A stretch of DNA of 64,000 nucleotides. It comes from an uncultured Planctomycetota bacterium. Lineage in GTDB: Bacteria > Planctomycetota > Planctomycetia > Gemmatales > Gemmataceae. Every line of letters begins with the position of its first letter. Position 1 is the stretch's first letter. Position numbers and translations under genes: made by a program. Under the pieces are notes generated by a model, which was not told the DNA's origin, ran no database searches, and saw only the letters and a list, made by a program, of their open reading frames with translations. Where the stretch lies: NCBI GenBank assembly GCA_963849325.1, contig CAWKHF010000006.1, positions 384,001 through 448,000 on the forward strand, read 5' to 3'. Below are positions 33,301 through 43,831 of the stretch, in pieces.

Positions 33301-34723
33301 TGTTGGTCGTCGAGCCGAGGAACTCCAGCTCCGAGCCGTCTGGCCTGAAGCGAAAAACGCCCTGGCGGAACTTGTGCTGTTTGCCGCCGACCATCCCCTC
33401 GAAGCCGGCGTAACCGACGGTGGCGTAAATCCAGTTGTCCAGTCCGAGGCGAAGATTACTCGGCCCGGCGTGGGTGTCGTGGATGTGGAAGCCGGTGAAG
33501 AGCACCTTACGGACATCGGCCTTGCCGTCGCCGTCGGTGTCCTTGAGGAACAGGATGTGCGGCGCCTGGGCCACGATCAGGCCGCCGTTGGCGAAGACCA
33601 TGCTGGTGGGGATGCTGAGCTTGTCGGCGAAGACCGTGAACTTGTCGGCCCGGCCGTCGCCGTCGCTGTCCTCGGCGATGACGATGCGGTCGTGCCCCTG
33701 GCCGTCGGGCTGCTTGTTGTTGGGATAGTCGAGCGTCTCGGCGATCCAGGCCCGGCCGCGAGCGTCCCAGGCGATGGCGATGGGCTTGACGATGTCCGGC
33801 TCGGCGGCGAACAGCTCGACGCGAAAGCCGCCCGGCACGCTCAGGTGTTTCATCGACTCGGCTGGCGCGACCGGCGCCTGCATCTGGTGCAGCCGGGCGG
33901 ACTTGCCGGCGCGATAATTCGGCAGTTCGCCGGGAAGATACGCGAACGGCTTGGTGACGTACTCGTGATCGGGCCGGCCGACCGCCCAGCGGACGGCCTG
34001 GATGACGAGGCGCTGATAGTCGGCGTTGCGGAAGACGCGCTCGTCGTGGCCGGAGGCGGTGTAAAAGACGCGGCCCTTGCCCTGCCGGCGCACCCACGTC
34101 CACGGCTCTTTCTTGTCGCCGTCCTCGCGGACCATGAGAACGTGGCGGTCCTCCATGACGCGATGATGGACGTAGGTTTCATCCCACGCCTCGAATTCCT
34201 GGACGCCCTTCAAGGCGGGGTGCTTCGGGTCCACGATGCGCGGACGAAACGTGCCGGTCTTGTGACTCTGGAACTGTCCGCCGACAAGCGAGATGTACTT
34301 AGGAGAATTCAAGAAGCAATACGAGGCGCAATGCAAGGCAATCAATCCCTTGCCGTTCTCGACGAAGGACAGCAAGGCCGCCTCCTGCCGCGGCGAAATC
34401 GTCGTGTGGTTGGCATAGATGATGAGGCCGTCGTAGCGAGCCAGGTTCGCCTTGTTGAGGTCGTTCAAATCGTCGGTGTAGGCCATGTCGATGCCGGCGC
34501 GGGCCAGCGCCGGCATCAAATCGCCGGCACGCTCGATCGGCTTGTGATGGCCATTATCGCCCAGAAACAGCACCTTGATCCGCGGCGACTCCGCGCGAAC
34601 GGGGAAGACCGTGCAGGTCAGCACGAAGCAGGCGACGACAAATGCCTTCATCGCCGTCCGCACTTCGACCGGCGCGGAGGCGATAGGTTGCGAGCTTGGA
34701 TCGAGGGATGGATGTCGCTTCAT
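30393..34723 (-). CDS. PVC-type heme-binding CxxCH protein with N-terminal ThuA domain and beta-propeller dehydrogenase-like domain (frameshifted)
   Basis: ThuA (LHCAS, DETY, GRVFYTASGH); ELFAAEPD..KPIAIAWD.RGR; DWYNYIVQHNPTP; CAKCH; MPEGFE. Confidence 0.9.
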
Positions 34724-34984
34724 AAGGCAATCACCTTGGAAAAGGTTGGAGGGCAACTCGCCAATCCGGCCCCAGCACCCTAAGCCCGGCTGGAAGACGT
34801 TCCGCCCGATCACGGCCCGGTGAAAATATCGCCGGCGTTGTGCGTCATCAGGGCCGAGATGGCGCCCGTGCTCTCGTAATTGATCAGGCGCACGCTTCCA
34901 TCATACATGCCAAAGGGGGCGCCGCCAGAGAATGCCGAGCCCCAGAAGGGGCCACCGTTGGAGGGCAAGTTGGGGGCATTCTTA

Positions 34985-35854
34985 TCAATAATCGACGTTG
35001 ATGTCCCCCGCGTTCGGGGTCAGGAAAGGTTGGAGCAAGCCGTTGGTCATCGTGTAATGCAGCATGCGTACGCTGCCGTCGAAGAACACGAACGGACACC
35101 CGCCGGTAAACGGCGAACCCCAGTTGTTGTCAACCTCTGCGGTATCCCCAGCCGAGGCGGGCGGATCCTGGATGACCCACCAGCCCGAGCGGGAGGAACC
35201 GCCCCAGGAGATGAACGCGGGATCATCCCAGGAGGTGCCGGTGTTGGTATTGTAGCGATATTGGGCCAACCCCTTCTCCCCCACTGCGGCCGTGTTCGAC
35301 GTCCCGTCGGCGATCTGCGTCAGGGTGGCCTGCACCAGGGTGGCCTGGGTGTTACTCCACAGCAGGTTGCCGTTGGTCGGCGAGGAACCGTACGCGACGC
35401 CGTTGATCGCATAATCGGTCAAGGCCGTGAACGGCGCCCGGTCGCTGCTGTTGGCCAGAGTCCGCCCGCGGCCGGGGCACAGGAGGGCCTTGACGGGGGT
35501 GGTTTGCCAGTTGCCCTGGCCGCTGAAGATGGCGTTCTGTTCGAGGTACGGCAAGATCTGGAACGCCCAGGATCCCTGCTGCTGGGACGGGGCCGCGCCG
35601 GCGACTGGGATTGCCCCGCCGCCGATGCCCGGGGTCGGCAGCCCGTTTGTCGAATCGTGGCAGTTCTGGAAAGCAAGACCTATCTGTTTGAGGTTGTTGA
35701 CGCCCTGGGTGCGGGCGGCGGCCTCGCGCACTTTCTGCACGGCCGGCAGCAGCAGGCCGATGAGGATGGCAATGATGGCGATCACCACCAACAGCTCGAT
35801 CAGGGTGAAGGCGATCCGCGACGCGAGACGAACCGAGGGGGAGGAAGGAAACAT
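34985..35854 (-). CDS. DUF1559 prepilin-type protein
   Basis: FTLIELLVV..., [29 protein letters not shown]. Confidence 0.9.
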   Translation of the reverse strand: MFPSSPSVRLASRIAFTLIELLVVIAIIAILIGLLLPAVQKVREAAARTQGVNNLKQIGLAFQNCHDSTNGLPTPGIGGGAIPVAGAAPSQQQGSWAFQILPYLEQNAIFSGQGNWQTTPVKALLCPGRGRTLANSSDRAPFTALTDYAINGVAYGSSPTNGNLLWSNTQATLVQATLTQIADGTSNTAAVGEKGLAQYRYNTNTGTSWDDPAFISWGGSSRSGWWVIQDPPASAGDTAEVDNNWGSPFTGGCPFVFFDGSVRMLHYTMTNGLLQPFLTPNAGDINVDY

Positions 35855-36061
35855 GGCGAACTCCAAAGATTCGGGAGACGAGGTAGCAATACCCAATAAA
35901 ACGTACCCATTTCGTCTCCGTCCCTCCATGAGATATTGCGCAAAAAACTTAAGATATTTTACCGGGAGCGGCGCGACCGTTTCCGTGAACTTTCTCGGCT
36001 GCCGTGCGTCTCATCGAAAGGACACCGAAGATTTTTTTCGCCTCCGCCTCGGGTTCGCACC

Positions 36062-37241
36062 ATGCCTACGGTTGCCCTTCGCCGACCGGCCGTCGCCCTG
36101 CTCATCGAGACCTCCAACGCCTACGCGCGGGCTGCTGCAGGGGATCATCTCCTACGTCCGGGCCCACCAGCCCTGGTCCATTTACCTGCCGGAGCAGGGC
36201 CGCGGCGATCCCTCGGCCGATTGGCTGCCGCGCTGGCGCGGCGACGGCCTGATCGCCCGCATCGAGAATGCGCGCATCGCCGCCCTCGTGGACCAGACGG
36301 GACTGCCCGTCGTGGACGTCAGCGCCGGCCGCTATCTACCGCGGGCTCCCTGCGTCGAGACGGACAACCGAGCCATCGCCGAGGCAGCCGTCGATCATTT
36401 CCTGGAACGCGGCTTTCGCAACTTGGCCTTTTGTGGCGAACCCGTCTTTGCCTGGTCCAACGAGCGGCAGCATTTCTTCCAGCAGATCGCCGCGCAAAGG
36501 GGGCTGCACTCTTTTCTGTTCACGCTCTCCTCTGCTCGAGGCCGCAAGAAAGTCCTGTTGGCGCGGCAACAGCAGGAGTTGGCGGAATGGGTGCGTTCTC
36601 TGCCCAAGCCGGCCGGCGTGTTCGCCTGCTACGACATCAAGGCGCAGCAATTGCTTGAAGCGTGCCGGACGATCGATGTGGCCGTCCCCGAGGAGCTGGC
36701 GGTGCTGGGCGTCGATAACGATGAACTGCTCTGCAACCTGGCGACGCCGCCGCTGTCGAGCATCATCCCCAATTCGCACCGCACCGGCTACGAGGCGGCC
36801 GCCCTTCTGGATCGCCTTCTGACCGGCCACAAGGTCTCGCCGGAGGTCGTTCCCATCGCACCGCTCGGCATTCAGACGCGCCAATCGACCGACACCTTGG
36901 CCCTCGACAACCGCGACGTGGCCGCCGCCGTCCGCTTCATTCGCGAGCACGCCTGCGCCGGCATCAACGTGGAGGACGTTCTCTCGGCGGTGCCGCTGTC
37001 GCGGCGCGTCCTCGAGAGCTTGTTCCGCAAATACCTGGGCCGCACGCCCCACGAGGAGATCGTGCGGCTCAAGATCGAGCGCGTCAAATTGCTGCTGGCC
37101 GAAACAGACCTGAGCATGGCGGAGATCGCCCGTCGCGCGGGATTTCCCTACGTCGAATATCTGAGCGCCGCCTTCAAAAAGGCCGTGGGCATGGCTCCCC
37201 GCCAATATCGCCGCCAGAGCCAGACCGTCGAGGGAAAGTAG
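36062..37241 (+). CDS. XylR-type regulator (LacI sensor plus AraC HTH; frameshift near the 5' end)
   Basis: VALLIETSNAY, DGLIARI, VPEELAVLGVDND, C-terminal AraC HTH. Confidence 0.9.
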
Positions 37242-37270
37242 AAGCGTAAGGACTACCGGACAAAACTCGA

Positions 37271-37328
37271 AGCGGGGGGCGTCAGCCCCTGAGTTTCCCG
37301 AATGCTCAGGAGGCTGACACCCCCCGCT
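37271..37328. repeat. REP-like palindrome, family GCGGGGGGCGT(C/A)AGCCCC
   Basis: Hairpin between convergent genes; a second copy at 43743-43808. Confidence 0.75.
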
Positions 37329-37356
37329 CCGGGAGTTTTTTCCGTTACCTCTTTTC

Positions 37357-38487
37357 TCAAGACAACGTGAATGCGGGTAGCTTGACGATCTCTCCGCCCT
37401 TGAGGGCCGATTCGTGGGCGCAGATGCCGACGCACGTCCAGTTGGCCGACTGCACCGCGTTGGGGTACGGATCGCGGCTCTGCGCCAGCGCCGACAAGAA
37501 CTCGTTAGCCAGGTGTGGGTGCGAGCCGCCGTGTCCGCCGCCCTGGACGAAGGACAGGTGAGCGTGTTCGCCGGCATCGTAGACGCCGCGCGTCGTGAAG
37601 CGCTGAATCTCCGGCGGCAACAGGTGAGCGTAGTCTGGCACCTTCACGCGCTGCGGAATTTCCGGCTCCGGTTTCTTGGCCGTGTGAACCACCGGCTCCT
37701 CGCCCTCGATCAACTGCCACTCGAACGATTTCTTGGTGCCGTACACGTCGAAGCTCTCGCGGTACTGGCGGGCCGTGTCGAACAGCGAGCGGGAGATACG
37801 GGCCGTCAGGTCGGAGTTGCGTAGCTTGACGTGTGCCGTTTCGACGGCGAACGGTGAATTGTATTTGCCGATCAGCTCTTGCCGGATGGTGCCCGAGCCG
37901 AAGCAGGAGACGTACTCGGCCTCGGCCTTCGTCAGCGCCAGGCACGGGCCGACGCAGTGAGTGGCGTAGTGCATCGGCGGCAGGCCCGGCCAGTAGTTCG
38001 GCCAGCCGTCCATGTCTTGCTGATGGCTCGCCTGCAAGAACTGAACCTTGCCCAGCTCACCCTTCTCGTACAGTTCCTTGACGAACAGGAACTCCCGAGC
38101 GTAGACGACCGTTTCGGCCATCATGTACTTCAGGCCGGTCTTCTTGACCAGCTCGACGATCTGCTGGCACTCCTCGATGGTGGTGGCCATCGGTACGGTA
38201 CACAGGACATGCTTGCCGGCCTTGAGAGCGGCGATGGCCTGCGGAGCGTGGTCGGGAATCGGCGTGTTGATGTGGACGAAATCGACGTTGCGGTCGGCCA
38301 GCACGTCCTCGTATTTCCGGTAGCGCGTGGCGATGCCGAAGGCGTCGCCGACCTGCTTGAGCTTGCCCTCGCCGCGCTGGCAAATGGCGTACATCTCGGC
38401 CAGCGGATGCTTCTGATAGATGGGGATGAACTCGGCGCCAAAACCTAGACCGATGATCGCCACCTTGAACTGCTTCTTGTCGGCCAT
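37357..38487 (-). CDS. Gfo/Idh/MocA family oxidoreductase
   Basis: AIIGLGFG, HINTPIPDH, GKHVLCTVP, GGHGGSH. Confidence 0.9.
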   Translation of the reverse strand: MADKKQFKVAIIGLGFGAEFIPIYQKHPLAEMYAICQRGEGKLKQVGDAFGIATRYRKYEDVLADRNVDFVHINTPIPDHAPQAIAALKAGKHVLCTVPMATTIEECQQIVELVKKTGLKYMMAETVVYAREFLFVKELYEKGELGKVQFLQASHQQDMDGWPNYWPGLPPMHYATHCVGPCLALTKAEAEYVSCFGSGTIRQELIGKYNSPFAVETAHVKLRNSDLTARISRSLFDTARQYRESFDVYGTKKSFEWQLIEGEEPVVHTAKKPEPEIPQRVKVPDYAHLLPPEIQRFTTRGVYDAGEHAHLSFVQGGGHGGSHPHLANEFLSALAQSRDPYPNAVQSANWTCVGICAHESALKGGEIVKLPAFTLS

Positions 38488-38851
38488 GCCTGTTGCCTCG
38501 CTGGAGGGGAAAGTGAGCCGCCGGCGGGAGGCGGTATTTAGGCTCTTTTGGTTAGAGCTTCTGAGGGAGAAACGCAAGGGATAAAATAATTTTTTCCGCG
38601 CACCGGCAAGACGGGGACCATGATGGAGACGACACGAAAGACCGACGGGCAGCGGTACGGCGAGGACTTGAAACAACGGCTGGGGCTGGAGACGGCCATC
38701 TTGCAGGAATCGCACGCCCTCCGCCTGGCGGAACGAACCTACGGCGCCGCCCGCGACGTGGCCGACTTCGCCATGCTCGACATCGTTGTGCCGCACTACA
38801 ATAATGCGGGCCACGTCAGAGCGGCGGGCGTCGGCAACCGGAGGGAGCCTC

Positions 38852-40142
38852 ATGGATTCGAGTCATCGGGTGGTGATCGTCGGCGGCGGCTTCGGCGGGT
38901 TGTACGCGGCGCAGGCGCTGGGCAAGGCCGACGTGCGCGTGACGCTGATTGATCGCCGCAACTTCCACCTGTTCCAGCCGCTGCTCTACCAGGTGGCGAC
39001 CGGCGGCCTCTCGCCGGCCAACATCGCCGCGCCGCTCCGCGACGTGCTCAAGCGTCAGAAGAACACTCGCGTCCTGCTCGCCGAGGCGGTCGGCTTCGAC
39101 CTCGACCGCCGGCTCGTACACCTCAAGGACGGCAGCGAGCCGTATGACTCGCTGATCGTCGCCACCGGGGCGCGCCATCACTACTTTGGACATCCGGAAT
39201 GGGAGACATACGCGCCGGGCCTGAAGTCCATCGAGGACGCCACGACGATGCGACGGCGCATCCTGTCGGCGTTCGAGCGGGCCGAGCGCTGCACGGACCC
39301 CGAGGAATGCCGGGCCTTGTTGACGTTCGTCGTCGTGGGCGGCGGACCGACCGGCGTCGAGCTGGCCGGCACTCTCGGCGAGGTCGCCCACACCACGCTG
39401 CGCGGCAACTTCCGCGTCATCAACCCGGCCAGCGCCGCGCATCCTCCTGCTCGAAGGACTCGACCGCATCCTCAACGGCTACCCGCCGAAATTGTCGGCC
39501 AAGGCGGTTCGATCGCTCAACCGACTCGGCGTCACCGTGCGCACCGGGACGACGGTGACGGACGTGCAGCCCGGCCGCGTGACGGTGCGCTCGGGCGAAA
39601 CAACCGAGGTGATTGGCGCCTGTACCGTGCTGTGGGGAGCAGGCGTCGATGCGTCGCCGCTGGCCAGGGCGCTGGCGCAGGCCACGGGCGCTCCGCTCGA
39701 TCGCCAGGGGCGCGTCGTCGTACAGCCGGACATGACGCTGCCGGGACATCCGGAAGTGTTCGTCCTCGGCGACATGGCCAATTATCCGCATTATGACGGC
39801 AAGCCGCTGCCGGGCCTGGCGCCGGTGGCCATGCAGCAGGGACGCTACGTCGCCGACCTGATTCAGCGACGCCTGCGCGGCGCCGAGCCGGTGGCGTTTC
39901 GCTTCCACGATCGCGGCAAAATGGCGACCATCGGCCGCGCCGCCGCCGTCGCCGACCTCGGCTGGATCACCTTCTCCGGCTTGCTCGCCTGGCTGACCTG
40001 GCTGCTCATTCACATCCTCTACCTGATCGAGTTCCAGAATCGCATCCTGGTGGTGTTGCAATGGGCGTGGAACTACTTCACGCGCAACCGCTCGTCGCGT
40101 CTGATCACCGGAGGAGATTTGTCCAAAAGTGACTCCGTTTAG
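38852..40142 (+). CDS. ndh: Type II NADH dehydrogenase (frameshifted)
   Basis: GGGFGG, HLFQPLLYQVATG, GGGPTGVELAG, AMQQG, WAWNY. Confidence 0.92.
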
Positions 40143-40195
40143 CCGCGACGCGCAGCGGAGCGCATCGCGCGCTCCGCTGCGCGTCGCGGCTAAAC
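40137..40195. repeat. REP-like perfect hairpin
   Basis: GTTTAGCCGCGACGCGCAGCGGAGCGC...GCGCTCCGCTGCGCGTCGCGGCTAAAC. Confidence 0.8.
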
Positions 40196-40286
40196 TCTGG
40201 CGTAGGAGTGCCCGTCCGGAGTATGATGAGGTCCATCACGGCCGCGGCGCCGTGACGGAATCGGGGTTCTCCCGCGGAGGTTCGCC

Positions 40287-41027
40287 ATGTCTCGCTTCGC
40301 CGTCATCCTGCCGGCCGCCGGCAAATCGTCGCGTTTCCGCGACCGCGAGAAGAAGCCGTTCGTCAACCTCGATGGCCGGGCCGTCTGGCTTCGCTGCGCC
40401 GAACTGTTCATCACCCGCGACAACGTCTGTCAGTGTCTTGTCGTTGTCGCGCCCGAGGACCAGGAGACGTTTCGCCGCCGTTACCAGGCCAACCTCGCCT
40501 TCATGAACGTGCAGATCGCCGACGGCGGCGCCGAGCGCTTCGAGTCGGTCGCCAATGCGCTGGCGCTGGTCAAGGCCGAGGCCAACTTCGTCGCCATCCA
40601 CGACGCGGCCCGGCCCTGTTTGACCAAGGAGCTGATCGACACTGTCTTCGGCTGCGCCGCCAAGAGCGGGGCGGCCATGCTGGCCGTGCCGGTAGCGGAC
40701 ACCATCAAACGTGCCGACAACAAGGGAGTGGTGCAGGAGACGGTGCCGCGTTCCAATCTGTGGCTGGCACAGACGCCGCAGGTGTTCCGCCGCGATTGGT
40801 TGGTCGAGGCTTATGCTCGGCGGGCGCAGCTCGGCCGCGACATCACCGACGACGCCCAGCTGATCGAGGCGGCCGGCCATCCCGTCTATCTCGTCCAGGG
40901 ATCGACCGGCAACATCAAGATCACCGCACGCGAGGACCTGGCCCTGGCCGAGGCGATCCTGAAAGCCCGGCCCAAGCCGAAGGCGGCCCGGCCCATCCAC
41001 CCCTTCCAGGACGAGCATCAATGGTGA
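40287..41027 (+). CDS. ispD: 2-C-methyl-D-erythritol 4-phosphate cytidylyltransferase
   Basis: ILPAAGKSSRF, GGAERFESV, IHDAARP, AQTPQVF, TDDAQL, NIKIT. Confidence 0.95.
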   Translation: MSRFAVILPAAGKSSRFRDREKKPFVNLDGRAVWLRCAELFITRDNVCQCLVVVAPEDQETFRRRYQANLAFMNVQIADGGAERFESVANALALVKAEANFVAIHDAARPCLTKELIDTVFGCAAKSGAAMLAVPVADTIKRADNKGVVQETVPRSNLWLAQTPQVFRRDWLVEAYARRAQLGRDITDDAQLIEAAGHPVYLVQGSTGNIKITAREDLALAEAILKARPKPKAARPIHPFQDEHQW

Positions 41028-41036
41028 GCCGCCCTC

Positions 41037-41672
41037 ATGGCCGAGCCTGATCGCGTTGTCGTTTCGCGTCATCCGCTGGTGGCGCACAAGCTGGCCCGGC
41101 TGCGCGAGCGGACGACGGGACCCGAACCGTTCCGCGTCCTGGTGCGCGACCTGTCGCAGCTGCTTTTGTACGAGGCCACGCACGATTTGCGTCTGGAGCC
41201 GTGGACGGTGCGGACGCCGCTGGGTGAGTGTACCGGCCAGCGCCTCGCCGAACACATCGGTCTGGCGCCGATCCTGCGGGCGGGACTGGGCATGGCCGAC
41301 GCCATCCTGGAGTTGATTCCGTCGGCGTGCGTCTGGCACCTCGGCCTGTACCGCGATCACGAGACGCTGCGGCCGGTGACGTATTACAACAAGCCGCCGG
41401 CAAACCTGGCCATCGACCTGGCGCTGGTGGTCGATCCCATGCTGGCCACCGGCGGCTCGGCGGCCGCCGCCATCACCATCCTCAAGGAGGCCGGCCTGCG
41501 CCGCATCAAGTTCCTCGGCCTGATCGCCGCCCCGGAAGGAGTACGCTTGCTGACGCAAACGCACCCCGACGTTCCCATTCATCTGGCGGAGATCGACAGT
41601 CATCTCGACGAGCGGTCGTACATTGTGCCGGGCCTGGGCGACGCCGGCGATCGCCAGTTCGGCACGCATTGA
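41037..41672 (+). CDS. upp: Uracil phosphoribosyltransferase
   Basis: PILRAGLGM, DPMLATGGS, YIVPGLGDAGDRQFG. Confidence 0.96.
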   Translation: MAEPDRVVVSRHPLVAHKLARLRERTTGPEPFRVLVRDLSQLLLYEATHDLRLEPWTVRTPLGECTGQRLAEHIGLAPILRAGLGMADAILELIPSACVWHLGLYRDHETLRPVTYYNKPPANLAIDLALVVDPMLATGGSAAAAITILKEAGLRRIKFLGLIAAPEGVRLLTQTHPDVPIHLAEIDSHLDERSYIVPGLGDAGDRQFGTH

Positions 41673-41681
41673 GAGGCGGTA

Positions 41682-41933
41682 TCAGGAGCCGGGGTCTTCC
41701 GTGCGCCGCACCAGTCGCGGATCGATGGCGCCGCTGATTTCCTCGCCAATTTTCTCCAGGCGTTCGCCGAGGCGATCCAATTCCAGGAGCAGCTGCGCCT
41801 GCGTCGAGACGGGCAGCAGGACGGCCCCGGCGGCCTCGGTCTGTTCGGCTTCCGCAGCCAGGTCGGCCAGCTCATCCACGGCCGCACGGAGGGCGGCCAA
41901 CCGCTGCCGGACGAGCGCGAGAGTGGTGAACAT
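41682..41933 (-). CDS. Small coiled-coil hypothetical protein
   Basis: GGGAG RBS and amphipathic helices; no motif recognised. Confidence 0.45.
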   Translation of the reverse strand: MFTTLALVRQRLAALRAAVDELADLAAEAEQTEAAGAVLLPVSTQAQLLLELDRLGERLEKIGEEISGAIDPRLVRRTEDPGS

Positions 41934-42177
41934 CGCGGGTTCTCCCATGAGGGCCGTCGCCTGGTCCTTCCAGCATACCACGGAAGGGGCTGAAGGTGGG
42001 CCTTGTCTGCTTTTCCTGTCTTCCCCCGAGCACCAACATTTCGCATCCGCCGCGCAAATCTGCCGATAATCCTTGGGTGCGCTCGTGGGACGCGATTGCA
42101 TTTCTCCGTGCTTTCGCTATAGTCGCCAACCGGATCGGCGGATTCGATCTCGGGTGAGCACGAGCAAGGAGGCGGTG

Positions 42178-43243
42178 ATGGTCTTGCAGGTCCACCTGCC
42201 CAGTCCGACTCCCCAGGCCGGCCGGCGTCTCGACCACGCCCGGCAGGTCGTCCGCGCCGAGGCGGCCGCCCTGGAATCGGTCGCCCAGCGGCTGGACGAC
42301 TCCTTTTTGCAAGCCGTCGATCTGTTGCAGCGACTGACCGGCCGCGGCGCCGGCCGCGTCTGCGTCACCGGCACCGGCAAGTCGGCCGACGTCGGCCAGA
42401 AGATCGCCGGCACCCTCAGCTCGACCGGGACGCGCGCCTACGTCCTCGACGCCACTCGCGCCTTGCACGGCGATCTCGGCATGACTCATCCCGACAACGT
42501 CGCCCTGATCCTGTCGCACAGCGGCGAGAGTGAGGAGATTGTGCGCCTGCTGGGACCGCTGCGGCCGCTGGTGCGCGGCGTCGTGGCGTTGACCGGCAAT
42601 GCCAAAAGCACGCTGGCGCGCAAGGCCGACGTGGCCGTCGTGTACGGGCCGCTGGAAGAGGTGTGTCCGCTCGGGCTGGCGCCCAGCGCCAGCACCACGG
42701 CCATGATCGCCCTGGGCGACGCCCTGGCCTTCGTGCTCAGTCAGGAACGCGCCTTCACGCACGAGGACTTCGCGCGTTTCCATCCGGCCGGCAGCCTGGG
42801 ACGCAAGCTGCTCAAGGTCGAGGGCGTCATGCGGCAGGGCAGCGAGCTGCGCCTCGCCGCCGTCGGCGCGACGGTGCGAAGCGTGTTCGCCCAGTCGCGC
42901 CATCAAGGGCGGCGCACCGGGGCCGTCATGCTGGTGGACGACGACGGCCGGCTGTGCGGCCTGTTCACCGACAGCGACCTGGCCCGTCTCATCGAAGCGC
43001 GGCGCGACGAGGCGCTGGATCGGCCCATCGGCGAAGTGATGACGGCCGACCCTATCACGGTGCCGCTTGGGCGTCCGCGTCGGTGACGCCATTGAGTTGC
43101 TGCGGCGGCACAAGATCAGCGAATTGCCGGTCGTCGATGACGACGGCCGGCCGGCGGGCCTGCTCGACATTACCGACCTCATCGGCGTCGCCCCGGCCGA
43201 CAGCGCGGCACCGCCCTCCGCGCCGCGGAGGATCGGCGCGTGA
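42178..43243 (+). CDS. kdsD: KpsF/GutQ arabinose-5-phosphate isomerase (SIS plus CBS domains; frameshifted)
   Basis: TGTGKS, HGDLGM, SHSGES, LAPSAST, HPAGSLG; GTGA overlap with kdsC. Confidence 0.92.
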
Positions 43244-43743
43244 AAACGCTGCAACAGCGCTGCGCCGCCATCGACATGCTCGTCGTCGATGTCGATGGCG
43301 TCCTGACGGCGGGCGGCATCGTTTACGGCGGCGCCGAGTTGGAACACAAGCAGTTTCACGTCCGCGATGGCTCCGGTCTCAAAATGTGGCACCAAGCCGG
43401 CAAGCGGACAGGACTGATCACGGGTCGGCGTTCGGTGGTGGTCGATCGTCGGGCGGCGGAGCTGGGCATCGCCTTCGTCCTCCAGGGAGCGGCGGAGAAA
43501 CTGCCGGCCTTTCGGCGCCTGCTGGCCGATGCCGGTGTCGGACCCGAGGCGGTGTGCTACCTCGGCGATGATCTGCCCGATCTGCCGCCGATGCGTGCCT
43601 GCGGCCTGGCCGTGGCCGTGGCCGACGCCTGTGCCGAGGCGCGGGCCGACGCCCACTACATCACGCGCACGCCGGGCGGCCATGGCGCCGTCCGCGAGAC
43701 CATCGAGTTGATCCTGCGTTGTCAGGGGCAATGGAAGATTTAG
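43240..43743 (+). CDS. kdsC: KDO 8-phosphate phosphatase (HAD family)
   Basis: DVDGVLT, FHVRDG, ITGR, GDDLPD, GGHGAVRE. Confidence 0.93.
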   Translation: MKTLQQRCAAIDMLVVDVDGVLTAGGIVYGGAELEHKQFHVRDGSGLKMWHQAGKRTGLITGRRSVVVDRRAAELGIAFVLQGAAEKLPAFRRLLADAGVGPEAVCYLGDDLPDLPPMRACGLAVAVADACAEARADAHYITRTPGGHGAVRETIELILRCQGQWKI

Positions 43744-43808
43744 GCGAGCGGGGGGCGTAAGCCCCCTGTTCTTCGTCGAGAACAGGGGGCTTACGCCCCC
43801 CGCTCGCC
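43743..43808. repeat. REP-like perfect hairpin
   Basis: GGCGAGCGGGGGGCGTAAGCCCCCTGTTCT...AGAACAGGGGGCTTACGCCCCCCGCTCGCC. Confidence 0.8.
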
Positions 43809-43831
43809 CTGCATCCTGTAGGGGAACGACC

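Noticed and set aside
38620-38952. 110-aa ORF upstream of ndh
   Set aside because: No recognisable motif and it overlaps the ndh start; it cannot be supported.
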